A stretch of 64,000 nt of DNA. Source: Macrostomum lignano (Eukaryota). Location: positions 1 to 64,000 of the forward strand of contig NIVC01001579.1 of assembly GCA_002269645.1 (NCBI GenBank), in the 5' to 3' direction. The notes under the pieces are model-generated. The model searched no databases. It worked only from the letters and a program-made list of their open reading frames with translations, and was not told the DNA's origin. The translations under genes were made by a program, and so were the position numbers. Shown one piece after another: positions 1 through 17,748 of this stretch; position 1 is the first letter of the stretch; each line of letters starts with the position of its first letter.

Positions 1-282
1 GATGGTCTCGCTTTGATTTGAGCCAGGCTGCGTGTAACACACATAGGAACACAGGGTCTGCGGCACCTTCCTGATCTCCGCAGTTAGTAGTCTGTAACCT
101 AGTGCTGCAATGGTCTAAAAATTCAAAACTTTGTTCGAGGCTCCGATATACTAAAACATAAAACTTAGCATCAGGGACTCGGAGATAAGCATCATCATTA
201 AAAAACATTCATTTGCGGAGCAACGGAGCAAATCGACGAAAATGATCAAGGAGTATAGATTTGGCAAAACTACTCAGCAGGT

Positions 283-3125
283 TCAGTAGCGTGTTTTGCG
301 CATTCCAACCGTTTTTATTGTCAGTCGGCTCTGGGAATCTTCACCACTGCCGTTTCCTTGACGCAGTCGGAGTTCTTCGTTGAGGTCAGTGACACAGTGG
401 AGGCTGCGCTCAGCTCTGGCGGCGGCGCCGCCTCCTCCCTCGGCGTTGACGGCAGCGGCCGCGACGAGACCGGAGGAGGCGGCGGCGCGGCGCTGCGTCG
501 GCGGCAGCGGCGCCTGCTGAGCCGGAAGAACGACGCCGCCGGTGGACCAGAGGTGGCCGGGATTCACCGAGCTCACGATGGACAAGTAGCCTTCGCCGCC
601 ACCGACAATCTGGCGTCGATTTGTCGACGACGACGACGAGAGGGCCCGCCCGGTGGTGACCCGCCGGACCCCGGCGGCCGCCGCGGACGCCGACTGCGAA
701 GCTTCTTCGCGCACCGTCGGCGCGGTCAGGGTGGATACGACCAGGCTGGTGTCCGCCTCCTGATCTCGACGCGGCGAGAAAGCGGCCGCCGGTACCGGGC
801 GAGCCAGCAGCGGCGGAGCGGCTCGCCGCGGGCGGCTCCCCCGCCTGATCTCCGTTGGCTTCGAGCTGGTCACGGCTTTTGCTGTCCTTGACTTCGACGG
901 CTCCTGAACGGCGTCCCATTCTGGCTGCGTGTTCGACCTGCGTAGGGAGTCCAGCGACTCAGCAATGGGGACGAGCGAGGCGTAGTCCGAGGCCGTAAGC
1001 TCTCATCTCAGTGGCTGTTGCTGCTGCTGCTGCTGCTGCTGCTGTTTGTTTCTGTTGGACAGACGAGCGAGCGCGGAGTCGGCTGAGAATGGCGGCCTCC
1101 CTAGCTGACTGCAGCGCGCCCTCGCCTGCGTGATCGAACTCGACAATTTGACGGCTGCGGCGCTGCGCTTCGAGGTCGGCGGCTTGGGCAGCCGCGGCTG
1201 CCGCCTCTTTGGAGCTGGGCTGCGCTCCGGTGAGCACCGTCTGGGAGCAGTGCGGGGTTGTGGTGCTCTGGCTGCGTGCATCTACGAGCCGCTACTGCAA
1301 CGCGTGAACTCTGCTCTCTTCACGGCACCTATTTCTTTGCCCCTCTCACCCTTTCCCCTCTCTCCCGCCCCCTCTCTTCTCTACCATCTCTCCCCTGTAC
1401 TCTCACCCTCCCATCGCAACTCTCTCTCATCTCCCCTCTCTACTCTACCATCTCTCTTCTCTACTCTAGCATCTCCTCTCTCTACTCTCATATGCCATCA
1501 ATTCCGAAATTAATACAGCAGCACTCACAGCCGAAGGATCCGCCAGCTCAGCTGTCCAGCATAGATTTGGTCTGACCAATCTGCCAGCCAGCTCAGGCGC
1601 CGCATCCGCTGCAGCTGGCGGCGCTGTGGCGGGAAATCCGTTGCGCCCGACTAGCGCCAGTCTGGCGCCGGCGCTTACCTGACGCACCGCCACCCCGCCT
1701 GTGCGGTTGGGCGTCATGATGTAGTACGACTCCGGCACCTCCTCAAAGGCCTCGCGGGACTCAACTGTTGAAATCACAGCGCGACGGGCTCGCGGCTTCT
1801 CTGCGCGACAAGTCTTTGTTCTGTCGATGCTGGCCGTCTATGATGTCTTTGTCGCTGCCCGTTAGATGAGGCGCAGGCGGCGGCGGCAGCTGGCTGTCCC
1901 CGAACCGGGTGATTACCTGAACCGGTTCGCTAGTCTTTGTTCGCCTTTGGTTTGACCGTTTAGTTCTGTTTGTCTTTGTCGGCTCTACAGTTGTCGATGA
2001 TCGGGGCACCGCAAGACTCCACTGGTTTGAAGCCTGTGATGCAAGGATGCAATGTGGAAGAAGCTTAATGTGTGGTAGCAAAACACAGCCATTCTTTATC
2101 TTTTCCACGGCGTGATTCCCCTGTCTTCATTCCCCGTCTTCATTCCCCTGTCTTCATTCCCTGACTTCATTCGCCTGTTTTCATTCCCCTGTCTTCATTC
2201 TCCTGTCTTCATTCCCCCGTCTTCATTCCCCCGTATTCATTCCCCTGTCTTCATCCCCCGTCTTCATTCCCCTGTCTTCATTCCCCCGTCTTCATTCCCC
2301 TGTCTTCATTCCCCTGTCTTCATTCCCCCGTCTTCATTCCCCCGTCTTCATCCCCCTATTTTCATTCCCCCGTCTTCATTCGCCTGACTTCATTCGCCTG
2401 ACTTCATTCGCCTGTCTTCATTCCCCTGTCTTCATTCTCCTGTCTTCATCCCCCTGTTTTCATTCCCCCGTCTTCATTCCCCTGTCTTCATTCCCCGTAT
2501 TCATTCCCCTGTCTTCATCCCCCGTCTTCATTCCCCTGTCTTCATTCCCCCGTCTTCATTCCCCGTCTTCATTCCCCGTCTTCATTCCCCGTCTTCATCC
2601 CCCTATTTTCATTCCCCCGTCTTCATTCGCCTGTCTTCATTCCCCTGTCTTCATTCCCCTGACTTCATTCCCCTGTCTTCATTCCCCTGACTTCATTCCC
2701 CTGTCTTCATTCCCCTCCTCCCCCCTCACCTTCCCCCGATCCGGTCTTGCCGTGGCCGTGTGCAGCCGGCTCAAATCTTCGTCCAGTTGGGCTTCACTCG
2801 TCCACCCGTCCGGCAGGCAGAAGGTCCTGGCCCTGTCCGGGTGCAGCCGCAGATGAGGCGGCAAGGCCAGCTGCTGAGCCGACTCGGCCTTTCCAGCCTC
2901 CTTCATCGACGTTGGCGAGCTCCAGTCAGCAAGGGCTCGAGTATTCCTGGCGGCACTGAACCTGCTGCCGGCTGCTGGGCCTGAGTAGTCAACAGGCTGC
3001 GTGAGCAGGCGGTGAGTCATTGTCAGCGAACTGATTGAGTCCTGGCGACCTTCGACTACAGCGGCCATAGTAGAGAAGGTCGGGTCTGCCGCCTGACTAA
3101 ACTCTGTACTCGTAAATTCTAGCAT
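283..3125 (-). CDS. Unknown low-complexity (Ala/Ser/Pro/Arg-rich) protein; multi-exon, with apparent frame breaks (possible pseudogene or assembly indels)
   Basis: ATG at 3125 follows an acceptor-like CCTCCGCAG. Exon 2730-3125 ends GK|GTGAGG and splices in phase 0 to an exon starting at 2033 (CATCACAG|GCT). Further GC-rich open segments lie at ~1677-1780, ~959-1285 and 283-1000, but joining them needs frame changes near 1770 and 1000. No domain recognised. Confidence 0.35.
2112..2712. repeat. Intronic minisatellite, 14-15-bp unit TCTTCATTCCCC(C/T)G
   Basis: Directly visible tandem array between the 2730 donor and the 2033 acceptor. Confidence 0.95.
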
Positions 3126-3374
3126 GCTTATTAAGGACTGCTACTCGCTACTGCGGAGGATGGGGTGGCTGTCAGGCAGCAGCCATGGCTACTGTTCTCA
3201 CCGTGCGTCCCTCCCCCTTACTCTGCCAGCTCTATCATCATTCAGCTAAACTGCTCAACAGTGAGTACACACTGGTTTTCGTTGTTTAACTTAATTTTCA
3301 CAAGCCGCTGTGAAAACTGGCTGCCTATTCAGTGGACAAGTTAGAGAACTGATAGCCCAGATGCGCATTCTGAG

Positions 3375-3626
3375 CCGAGAGAGAGACAGTGCGAGAGACT
3401 ATGGGAGAGAGAGAGTGAAAGACAGAGAAAGGGGGAGAGAGAGACAGACAGACAGCCAGAGAGAGAGACAGTGAGAACTATAGAGTGAGAGAGAGGGAGG
3501 GAGAGAGAGAGAGAGAGGGGAGAGAGAAAGAGAGAGGGAGAGAGAGGGAGAGAGATAGAGAGGGAGAGAGAGATAGAGAGAGGGAGAGAGAGGGAGAGAG
3601 AGGGAGAGAGAGAGAGAGAGAGAGGG

Positions 3627-3682
<56 letters not shown>

Positions 3683-3686
3683 GAGA

Positions 3687-3724
<38 letters not shown>

Positions 3725-3790
3725 GGAGAGGGAGAGAGAGAGAGATAGAAGGGGAGAGAGAGAGAGAGATAGAGAGGGAGAGAGAGAGAG

Positions 3791-3860
<70 letters not shown>

Positions 3861-3892
3861 GAGAGAGAGAGAGGGAGAGAGAGGGAGGGCAG
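3375..3892. repeat. (GA)n-rich microsatellite
   Basis: Visible imperfect GA/GGA tract. Confidence 0.95.
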
Positions 3893-4317
3893 GGAAGCAA
3901 TAGAGTTATTGTTGTCGATATTTCCAGTAAGTTTACTCTTCGTCAGTGCAGAATGCGAGTAAATTTTATTTGGCGCGAATTGCTGTCAATATGTTAAGGC
4001 GATAACGTCAGGGAGGGAAAATCGACAAAGGAGAGGGCACAAGCGCATAAACCAGCACGCATGGCCAGTACATTTAAACGAGTCAGAGACTCTGAGAAAT
4101 GCAGATAGGGTGGCAAAAATATTACAAGCTGGCCTGTACGACCTTTAAGTGTAAGATAACGATTGAGAAAAGCTAAGTAAGTAGGCAAGGTAAATAAAAA
4201 GTTAGTTAATGCTGAGTAAAGAGTGCAGGTGCACCATACACGGTGAAAGAAATAACCTTTAAATAAAAAAGCAGAGAAAAAATCATCCAAATAAAGCCAA
4301 TGAAAACACAGAGGAGC

Positions 4318-4720
4318 TGACCTCTGTGCAGCTGTAGCTCAGTTGAAGCCGGATGTTCCGATCGAGGGCGTCCAGATGTTGGTGGAACCGGACCAGCTCC
4401 GCCTCAGTTCAGCGCCACACTCCAAAGACATCGTCGATGTAGCGGAGCCACAGGCTGGGCTTCTGCGGGCTGGTCTCCAGGCCTCTCTGCTCCCATTAGC
4501 CCATGTAGATGTTGCTGTAGCTGGGCGCGAACGATTTCCGAATGGCAGCGCCTTTCACCTGCAGGAAGTATCTGCCGTCGAACTCGAAGTCGTTGCGCTC
4601 CAGGTTCAGCTTGAGCAGGCAGAGTAGTCTGGCGTCCGGGCGCCAGCTGTTCGGGTGCTCCCTGAACGGCGAACGCCCTCCGCACGCACTCGAGACCGGC
4701 CTTCGTCGGGATGTTTTGCA
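4318..4720 (-). mobile_element. Degenerate Penelope-like element reverse transcriptase fragment
   Basis: Minus-strand translation reads QNIPTKAGLECVRRAF, then a frameshift, then LLKLNLERNDFEFDGRYFLQVKGAAIRKSFAPSYSNIYMG*WEQ...LWLRYIDDVFGVWR*TEAELVRFHQHLDALDRNIRL. These are PLE-type RT motifs (NIP, N.F.F...Y.Q..G.A, YIDD) with two stops. A GA tract lies directly upstream at 4735-4805. Confidence 0.85.
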
Positions 4721-5369
4721 GGCAGTGAGAGTGCAAGAGAGAGAGAGGTTAGGAGAAGAGGAAGGAGAGGAGGGAGAGAGAGAGAGAGAGACAGTAAGAG
4801 AGAAGCGCAGAGTTCTAAGTATTTAAAAATGCTTCCAAATTGCAGTGAAATCATTCATGGCCCAGATGAAATACTGGCGTAGCTGCAGTAGAAATTTTGT
4901 TTTCGGTTTGGCGTTACTTATCACTAAAATTTAGCGATAACGATACTAAAATTTAAACCACCCGCGTTCGAGTCATTGTGCATTGCCTAATCTTGCAATC
5001 AAAAAACGTTAGAGCAGTGGATCTAAGCACGTGTTTGCTGAGTGAGACTGGCAGCTCAGACAAGCACTCAAATCCAACAAGGTTTCATTATACATCGATT
5101 CCCACCTCACTCGGAAAGTTTTAGTAAGACAAACATTCTGTAGCTACTGGTGCCGCTTTACTGATTGTTCTTGTCAAATAGATGCAGTCAGCAAAAGCTG
5201 ACATAACCCCAGACCAAATGCAAGCCAGTTGCATGTACCATAAAAGCAAATGTCATCGACAGATTCGCTCCTTGTATCGCTCCCGATCCGAGCGGTAGGC
5301 AAATCCTTTGGACTGGAAATATTCTTCTCTGCTTTTCAAAGTGTCCTCAGATACTGACTGTCTCACAAG

Positions 5370-6134
5370 ATGCTTCTGCCCCAACTGCTTCAGGTCGCTG
5401 CTCTGGTCTCTGCGGTGCTGTCCGAGTCCTGCAGCTCCGCCAGGCTGAAATTCCACCAAACCACCGGACTGGACTGCGTGAGCTCCGACTTCACCAGCAT
5501 CGTGTCCGGTCTGTGCACTCCGCTCGAATGCAGCAACGTCTGCGCTAGGAAGGACAAGTGTCAGGCCTTCTCAGTACTGACAGCTGGAGCCTGTCAGTGC
5601 AAGCTGTTCCTGTTCGATGCGTGCAGTCACCGTGTGCAGTCTGTGCCGAGCTGCACTCACCAGGTGACTGTGTATGTGAGGTCTCTGCCCGGCGTACCTC
5701 CGGGTCGCCTGTGTCCGTCCGGATACGAGCACACGAGATACGGCACATCGTACAAGGTGGTCACGAATGAGTCAGTCAGCTGGGGTTTCGCTCAGACGAG
5801 ATGCCGAGCAGATCCCGGACTGTCGAAGTTCGCAGACGCCATGGATGCTGCTGAAGTGAGCCACCTGATGCAGCTGCGCCCTGAAGACAAACCAACTGAA
5901 AACTTTTTCCTAGGAGGCCGCCAGACGGCCGCGTCCGAGCCCAAGACCAAAGGCTGGTTCTGGGAAGACTGCGGCAACTCGGTGGACTCCGGACTTTGGC
6001 AGGAAGGTCAGCCGGACTTTGGATTCTCATATGCTGGCTGCACGGCTCTGTACCGTTTGTTCTCATCTGGGATTGACGACTTCCCATGCAACTGGAGTTC
6101 TAGCTACATCTGCGAGTGCCAGTCCGTGTTCTGA
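5370..6134 (+). CDS. Secreted PAN/apple-like + C-type lectin domain protein, intronless, 254 aa
   Basis: Hydrophobic signal peptide; Cys-rich PAN-like N-half (CSNVCARKDKCQAFS...CKL); CTLD with SWGFAQTRC, FFLGG, WFWED, WQEGQPD, GC, DDFPC and YICE. QPD is the galactose-type motif. Confidence 0.85.
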   Translation: MLLPQLLQVAALVSAVLSESCSSARLKFHQTTGLDCVSSDFTSIVSGLCTPLECSNVCARKDKCQAFSVLTAGACQCKLFLFDACSHRVQSVPSCTHQVTVYVRSLPGVPPGRLCPSGYEHTRYGTSYKVVTNESVSWGFAQTRCRADPGLSKFADAMDAAEVSHLMQLRPEDKPTENFFLGGRQTAASEPKTKGWFWEDCGNSVDSGLWQEGQPDFGFSYAGCTALYRLFSSGIDDFPCNWSSSYICECQSVF

Positions 6135-6384
6135 ATGCGCTGTCAGCATACTGCAACTGCTGATGCTGATACAGCCTACTGCTGACTACACTACCCATTA
6201 AATAGTTATTCCCTCCGCAAAGATACCAACTAGCTCGTAAGTGTGTCAGATGGAATCTGTATTCTTCAAGTGTTGTTCCTTTTTGTTCGTAATCTATGGT
6301 ACATTGTTAAAATGTAAGGTCTGAAAAGTTTAAGAAGAACCTTTTTTGAATTGACTAATCTTGGTAGCAAAAATCATGTGTTCG

Positions 6385-6688
6385 AAAATTCTTGCCGGGC
6401 AATTGATTCACCTGCCCCAATCGGGCAGACCGACAGCTCAGCCGCAGCTATTGCGCGGCGCATCTGAAGGCTGCGTACGGCTGTTCAGTCCAAGGACTGG
6501 GGGGGTCGCCACACACACCCTCAATTACCCCAGCTAATGCTGGCACCCATTTTACAGCTGGGTGAACTGTAGCAATGCAGAGTTAAGTGTCTTGCTCAAG
6601 GACACAAGTTGTTCCGAGTGGATCAGGAATCGAACCCCCGACCTTTCAGTCGTGAGTTCGACTCTCCAACCACTAAGGCTACAACCCC
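6385..6688 (-). mobile_element. tRNA-derived SINE with conserved central domain
   Basis: Minus strand carries an A-box (TAGCCTTAGTGG) and B-box (GGGTTCGATTCC), followed by TTGTGTCCTTGAGCAAGACACTTAAC...CACCCAGCTGTAAAATGGGTGCC, which resembles the conserved domains of the V/Deu/Nin SINE superfamilies. Confidence 0.75.
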
Positions 6689-6971
6689 TTACACCTGTAT
6701 TGCAAGGCAAACAAGGCAAATACCTTGTATTGCACGACATTGAAAAGTACATGTTTTTTCACTAGGCCGGATATATTTAGACCAAAATGACAGCGAGCCT
6801 CAGATGAAATTATGGTAGAGATTTATGGTAAACATGCTCGATAGAGAGAGCGAGCGTTAAAAAAAGCCTGCAAGCGCTTACGCAATATAGGAATCTTGTG
6901 GATTTGACAAGCCAATGTCCAGTATGGTCCAAGTTAGTTTATGAGGATGCTCTGTGATCAACTCGCACTGC

Positions 6972-12595
<5,624 letters not shown>

Positions 12596-13134
12596 TCCAC
12601 CTGAAAGAAACTTTTCAAAGTTTCACTGTTCAGACTTCAAAGTGTTGAAGAGAGGCTTTGAAAAAGAGGGCTGTGGCAACAGCGAGAGTTTGCTGGTGGC
12701 AGCTGCAGATGAAGCTGCATGAGGGGGGGGGCTGCCACAACTCCCCTCTGAAGGAGGCTGGATTGGCTGCCCCTGGCCAGGGAGATGTAGAAAAAGTTGG
12801 GATCTCGGGAAGCCTTTCTGAGTCATCTTGTCCTGCGGGACACGTGACATGGGAGAATTGCCCAGCTCCTCTAATCCCTTAGGCGGCCAGGGAAGCTCAG
12901 TAGGAGGCCTTCAGAGGAGAGAATGAATTCCTAGCATTGGTATAGCCTGATGCCCCGGGACTGATGCGGCATCTCCTGCTGTCAACTTGAGGAACACAGA
13001 GCCCGTCACGGAGATAAGGAGGCTTACAAAGTAGACTGAACCTTTGAGGAGGGAAGGGCGAGTTTTTGTGCTGCTTTTCTTTCTTATTCATCGATCGCCA
13101 CTCACTTGATATCCCATCTCTGAGCGAATCGATT

Positions 13135-13720
13135 TCTGACAGGCTGTGTCTCTGTCTAACAGGCTGTGTCTGTGTCTAACAGGCTGTGTCTCTATCTAAC
13201 AGGCTGTATCTCTGTCTAACAGGCTGTGTCTGTGTGTAACAGGCTGTGTCTCTGTCTAACAGGCTGTGTCTCTGTCTAACAGGCTGTGTCTCTGTCTAAC
13301 AGGCTGTGTCTCTGTCTAACAGGCTGTATCTCTGTCTAACAGGCTGTGTCTGTGTCTAACAGGCTGTATATTTATCTAACAGGCTGTGTCTCTGTCTAAC
13401 AGGCTGTGTCTGTGTCTAACAGGCTGTGTCTTTATCTAACAGGCTGTATCTTTATCTAACAAGCTGTGTCATGTCTAACAGGCTGTGTCTGTGTCTAACA
13501 GGCTGTGTCTCTGTCTAACAGGCTGTGTCTCTGTCTAACAGGCTGTGTCTTTATCTAACAGACTGTGTCTTTATCTAACAGGCTGTGTCTTTATCTAACA
13601 GGCTGTGTCTGTGTCTAACAGGCTGTGTCTTTATCTAACAGGCTGTATCTCTGTCTAACAGGCTGTGTCTCTATCTAACAGGCTGTGTCTCTATCTAACA
13701 GGCTGTGTCTCTATCTAACA
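13135..13720. repeat. 20-bp minisatellite AACAGGCTGTGTCTCTGTCT
   Basis: About 29 visible copies. Confidence 0.95.
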
Positions 13721-14464
13721 GTCAATACCTACGCCCGCACAGCAGCATTCGAGCCCCAATTTAGACATGAATATTTCAGCCGGAGTGAACACGTGTTTTT
13801 CCGCGTGCAGTTGCAAACGCATGCGCGCACTAACGCAAAGTGTAGGCATGCAGTGCATTCGGGCTGTACTTGATCATTCGCAGCTGTTCCAGCAGGGCCG
13901 AGAGGCCTCTGCAGATCATGACCGAAGCAAAAATTTCATGCAGTAGAAAAAAACACAGCCACTGTTTCTGGGAATAACAGTTTATCCCATTCTCCTTTCT
14001 TGGGATAATCCGTGTTTAAATCCCCCTCCCCCCCCAAGCCCTGCCCTTCCCAGGGAGCCTGGGACCGCCTTCAGTCAACAGTTTTGCCTGCTTGCAAAAG
14101 GATAAACAAAAAGAGGCTGCTAGAAGAAAAAGACTGAGGGTAGGGGAGCGAGAGAAGGAAGCGGGAGAGAGCGCGTGTCTTGAACAGGTTGTAATGAAGA
14201 ACGGACTGGAGACTGCGTGAGCGCCTTGATGAAGGAGACTGGCTTATCAAATTGCGCCTACCTCACGGCTTGCCGCAGCCTCCCCTGGCAAGTTTTGCAA
14301 GTCCCTGCAGGGGCTCGTCAGGAATTGGACGGTCACTTAGGGGAGCGCATGATGGAGAAGGATGGCTGCTGGGTCTCTATATAAGTACTGGACTAACTTG
14401 GCGATTTCTGGCCTCACTGAGGCTTCACTGCTGACTTGCAGACTTTAATTTGCAACTAGTGGGG

Positions 14465-15105
<641 letters not shown>

Positions 15106-15462
15106 GGCACTCAGGCAGACTAAATAGCACAAAGAAGAAAGGAGAGCAGAGCAGGTGTGAAGTCCACAAAGTCGCTAAGCATGGGCAACACTCAACTATT
15201 CAACCCAACCCGCCTCTCTTAGAAAGTTGAGCTGGCTTCACCTTCCATCTCCATTTGCTGTTCAAAGTATTGTTTGTCAGGCCTGCAAACTCAGATCCCC
15301 TGAGACACGTGAGGCTGCGGCATCTTAGCTGCAGGGTTTCCCGCGGGTTTCTCTTCTGCTTCCACAATGCAAAGCTGGGCCTGAATAATGAATAATGCAT
15401 ATCTGGGGCGCCGCAGGACACCTGCCAGGAAATTTGGGAACTCAGGCCCTGAATTGCCTGTA

Positions 15463-15889
<427 letters not shown>

Positions 15890-16245
15890 GCAGTGTACTA
15901 CATACGCCAAATTAAGCCCTTGCCCAGGGTCATATGCTTTCTTCCCTTAATTAGGCAACTGATAAAGTCCAGCTGCTTTTGCAGCGCCTGATGAAGCGAC
16001 TCGTTTGCATAATTAAATCTGTTAACTACTGACTGAACACTTGCTATCGATTGTTAACAGAGGTATCTGGGGAATTCAAGTCATCAGGATTGATCGGGCC
16101 TTAGCAACTAAACTCTACTTCACTCAGTCTTTTCAAACTGAATCAACGGTAAATGTGTGAATAATTAATTAAAGTCGTTACTAACAGAAACTTTCTGGTC
16201 GAATTTGCTCCTGTTTCTACTAAAAAATCGATCAATTTTCTTGTT

Positions 16246-16455
16246 ACAGGACGTAAAACTGAATGATCGTGTAACTTTTGGAGGTCCAATTCCTGGAAAT
16301 AATACACTGCATGCAGGAAAGGAACAAAAAGTGAAGTTGATGTCACTTGTGAGTGTTTGAAATTTAGTGAAATCTTCACTTCCTCAGATCTCTGCAGTGA
16401 ATTTTTTCAGGAAATGAGCCCTAAAAAATTACACGATCGTTGAGTTTTACGTCCT
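16246..16455. mobile_element. MITE with long imperfect TIRs (CAGGACGTAAAACT...CGTGTAA)
   Basis: Left end CAGGACGTAAAACTGAATGATCGTGTAAC; right end TTACACGATCGTTGAGTTTTACGTCCTG. Related to the element at 54824-55170. Confidence 0.7.
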
Positions 16456-16477
16456 GTTGTACTACCGTGGGATTAGA

Positions 16478-16592
16478 GTCGGCGGAATGAGCATTAATGC
16501 TTCTCGCCGGTTGTGTGACAATGTCGCTTGAACCCTGGCGCCAGGGTACACACCCCCGGCCCCTCATGTCTCTAACTAAAAAACTAAACTTG
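16478..16592 (+). mobile_element. 3' fragment of a SINE related to the 36755 family
   Basis: GAGTCGGCGGAATG...TGTCGCTT...GCGCCAGGGT.CACAC...CTCTAA plus A-tail matches the tail of the SINE at 36755-37116. Confidence 0.6.
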
Positions 16593-16696
16593 TGAAGAGT
16601 TCAACTACGCCGCATCATATGCGACGGTTTCATAGGTTAAGTGGATTTCTAAAGTCCATAGAAGCTGCTTTAGCAAAGGATTTTATTCTGCTCCAG

Positions 16697-17160
16697 ATGC
16701 AAATTCTGCAACTCTGCGTGTGGCTGTTCTGGTCCCCGCGGTGCTGTCCGAGTCCTGCAGCTCTGCCAGGCTGAAATTCCACCGAACCACCGGACTGGAC
16801 TGCGTGAGCTCCGACTTCACCAGCATCGTGTCCGGTCTGTGCACTCCGCTCGAATGCAGCCTCGACTGCGCTAGGAAGGACAAGTGTCAGGCCTTTTCAG
16901 TGCTGACAGCTGGAGCCTGTCAGTGCAAGCTGTTCCTGTTCGATGCGTGCAGTCATCGTGTGCAGTCTGTGCCGAGCTGCACTCATCAGGTGACTGTGTA
17001 TGTGAGGTCTCTGCCCGGCGTACCTCCGGGTCGCCTGTGTCCGACCGGATACGAGCACACGAGACACGGCACCTCGTACAAGGTGGTCACGAATGAGTCA
17101 GTCAGCTGGAGTTTTGCCCGTCAGAGATGCAGCACAGATGCTGGACTGTCGAAGCTCGCT
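16697..17160 (+). pseudogene. Truncated, frameshifted paralogue of the PAN + C-type lectin gene
   Basis: Near-identical to the 5370-5835 part of the first copy (VLSESCSSARLKF...GLSK). ATG 16697 is out of frame with the conserved ORF, and similarity stops abruptly at ~17160, before the QPD region. Confidence 0.75.
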
Positions 17161-17534
17161 TACTCACGGCTCATACAGCTACTTTCTCGGCGGTTCCGGC
17201 CTACCATCCGGCACCCAAGCCAGTTCAAACAAACCGCTGCTGTTAGCGCTTGCCTCGCTGTCATTCGCATTGCAAGCCACCGAATTGATTAACCCGATGG
17301 TGCCATGTTGAGCACATGGTCGGCTGTGTCTTGTCAGCTGCTCGCAGTGGTAGATGGGAATCAATAAATAAATTCAGTCGCTAACAAGCAGAAAATTCCA
17401 GGACTCAAAAAAGCTTTAAGAGAAAATTTTTAGCGATAGCTCTCACACGTGTCTATTTTAAAAAACTCCCCCACCTGTTCGCACAGAACCTTTGACTGTC
17501 AGCGACTTTTGAGTGTAGGAGGCAGACAAAGTCG

Positions 17535-17748
17535 CTGGCAGTCAAATGTCCGGCAGGCAAATGACCGGCAGGCAAATGTCCGGCAGGCAAATGACCGGCA
17601 GTCAAATGTCCGGCAGGCAAATGGCCGGCAGGCAAATGACCGGCAGTCAAATGTCCGGCAGGCAAATGTCCGGCAGGCAAATGGCCGGCAGTCAAATGAC
17701 CGGCAGTCAAATGTCCGGCAGGCAAATGTCCGGCAGGCAAATGGCCGG
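17535..17748. repeat. 15-bp minisatellite GGCAG(G/T)CAAATG(T/A/G)CC
   Basis: About 14 visible copies. Confidence 0.95.

Noticed and set aside
17168-17270. Alternative first coding exon of lev-9 (MRMTARQALTAAVCL...)
   Set aside because: A better signal-peptide exon with a consensus donor and correct phase lies at 12550-12595.
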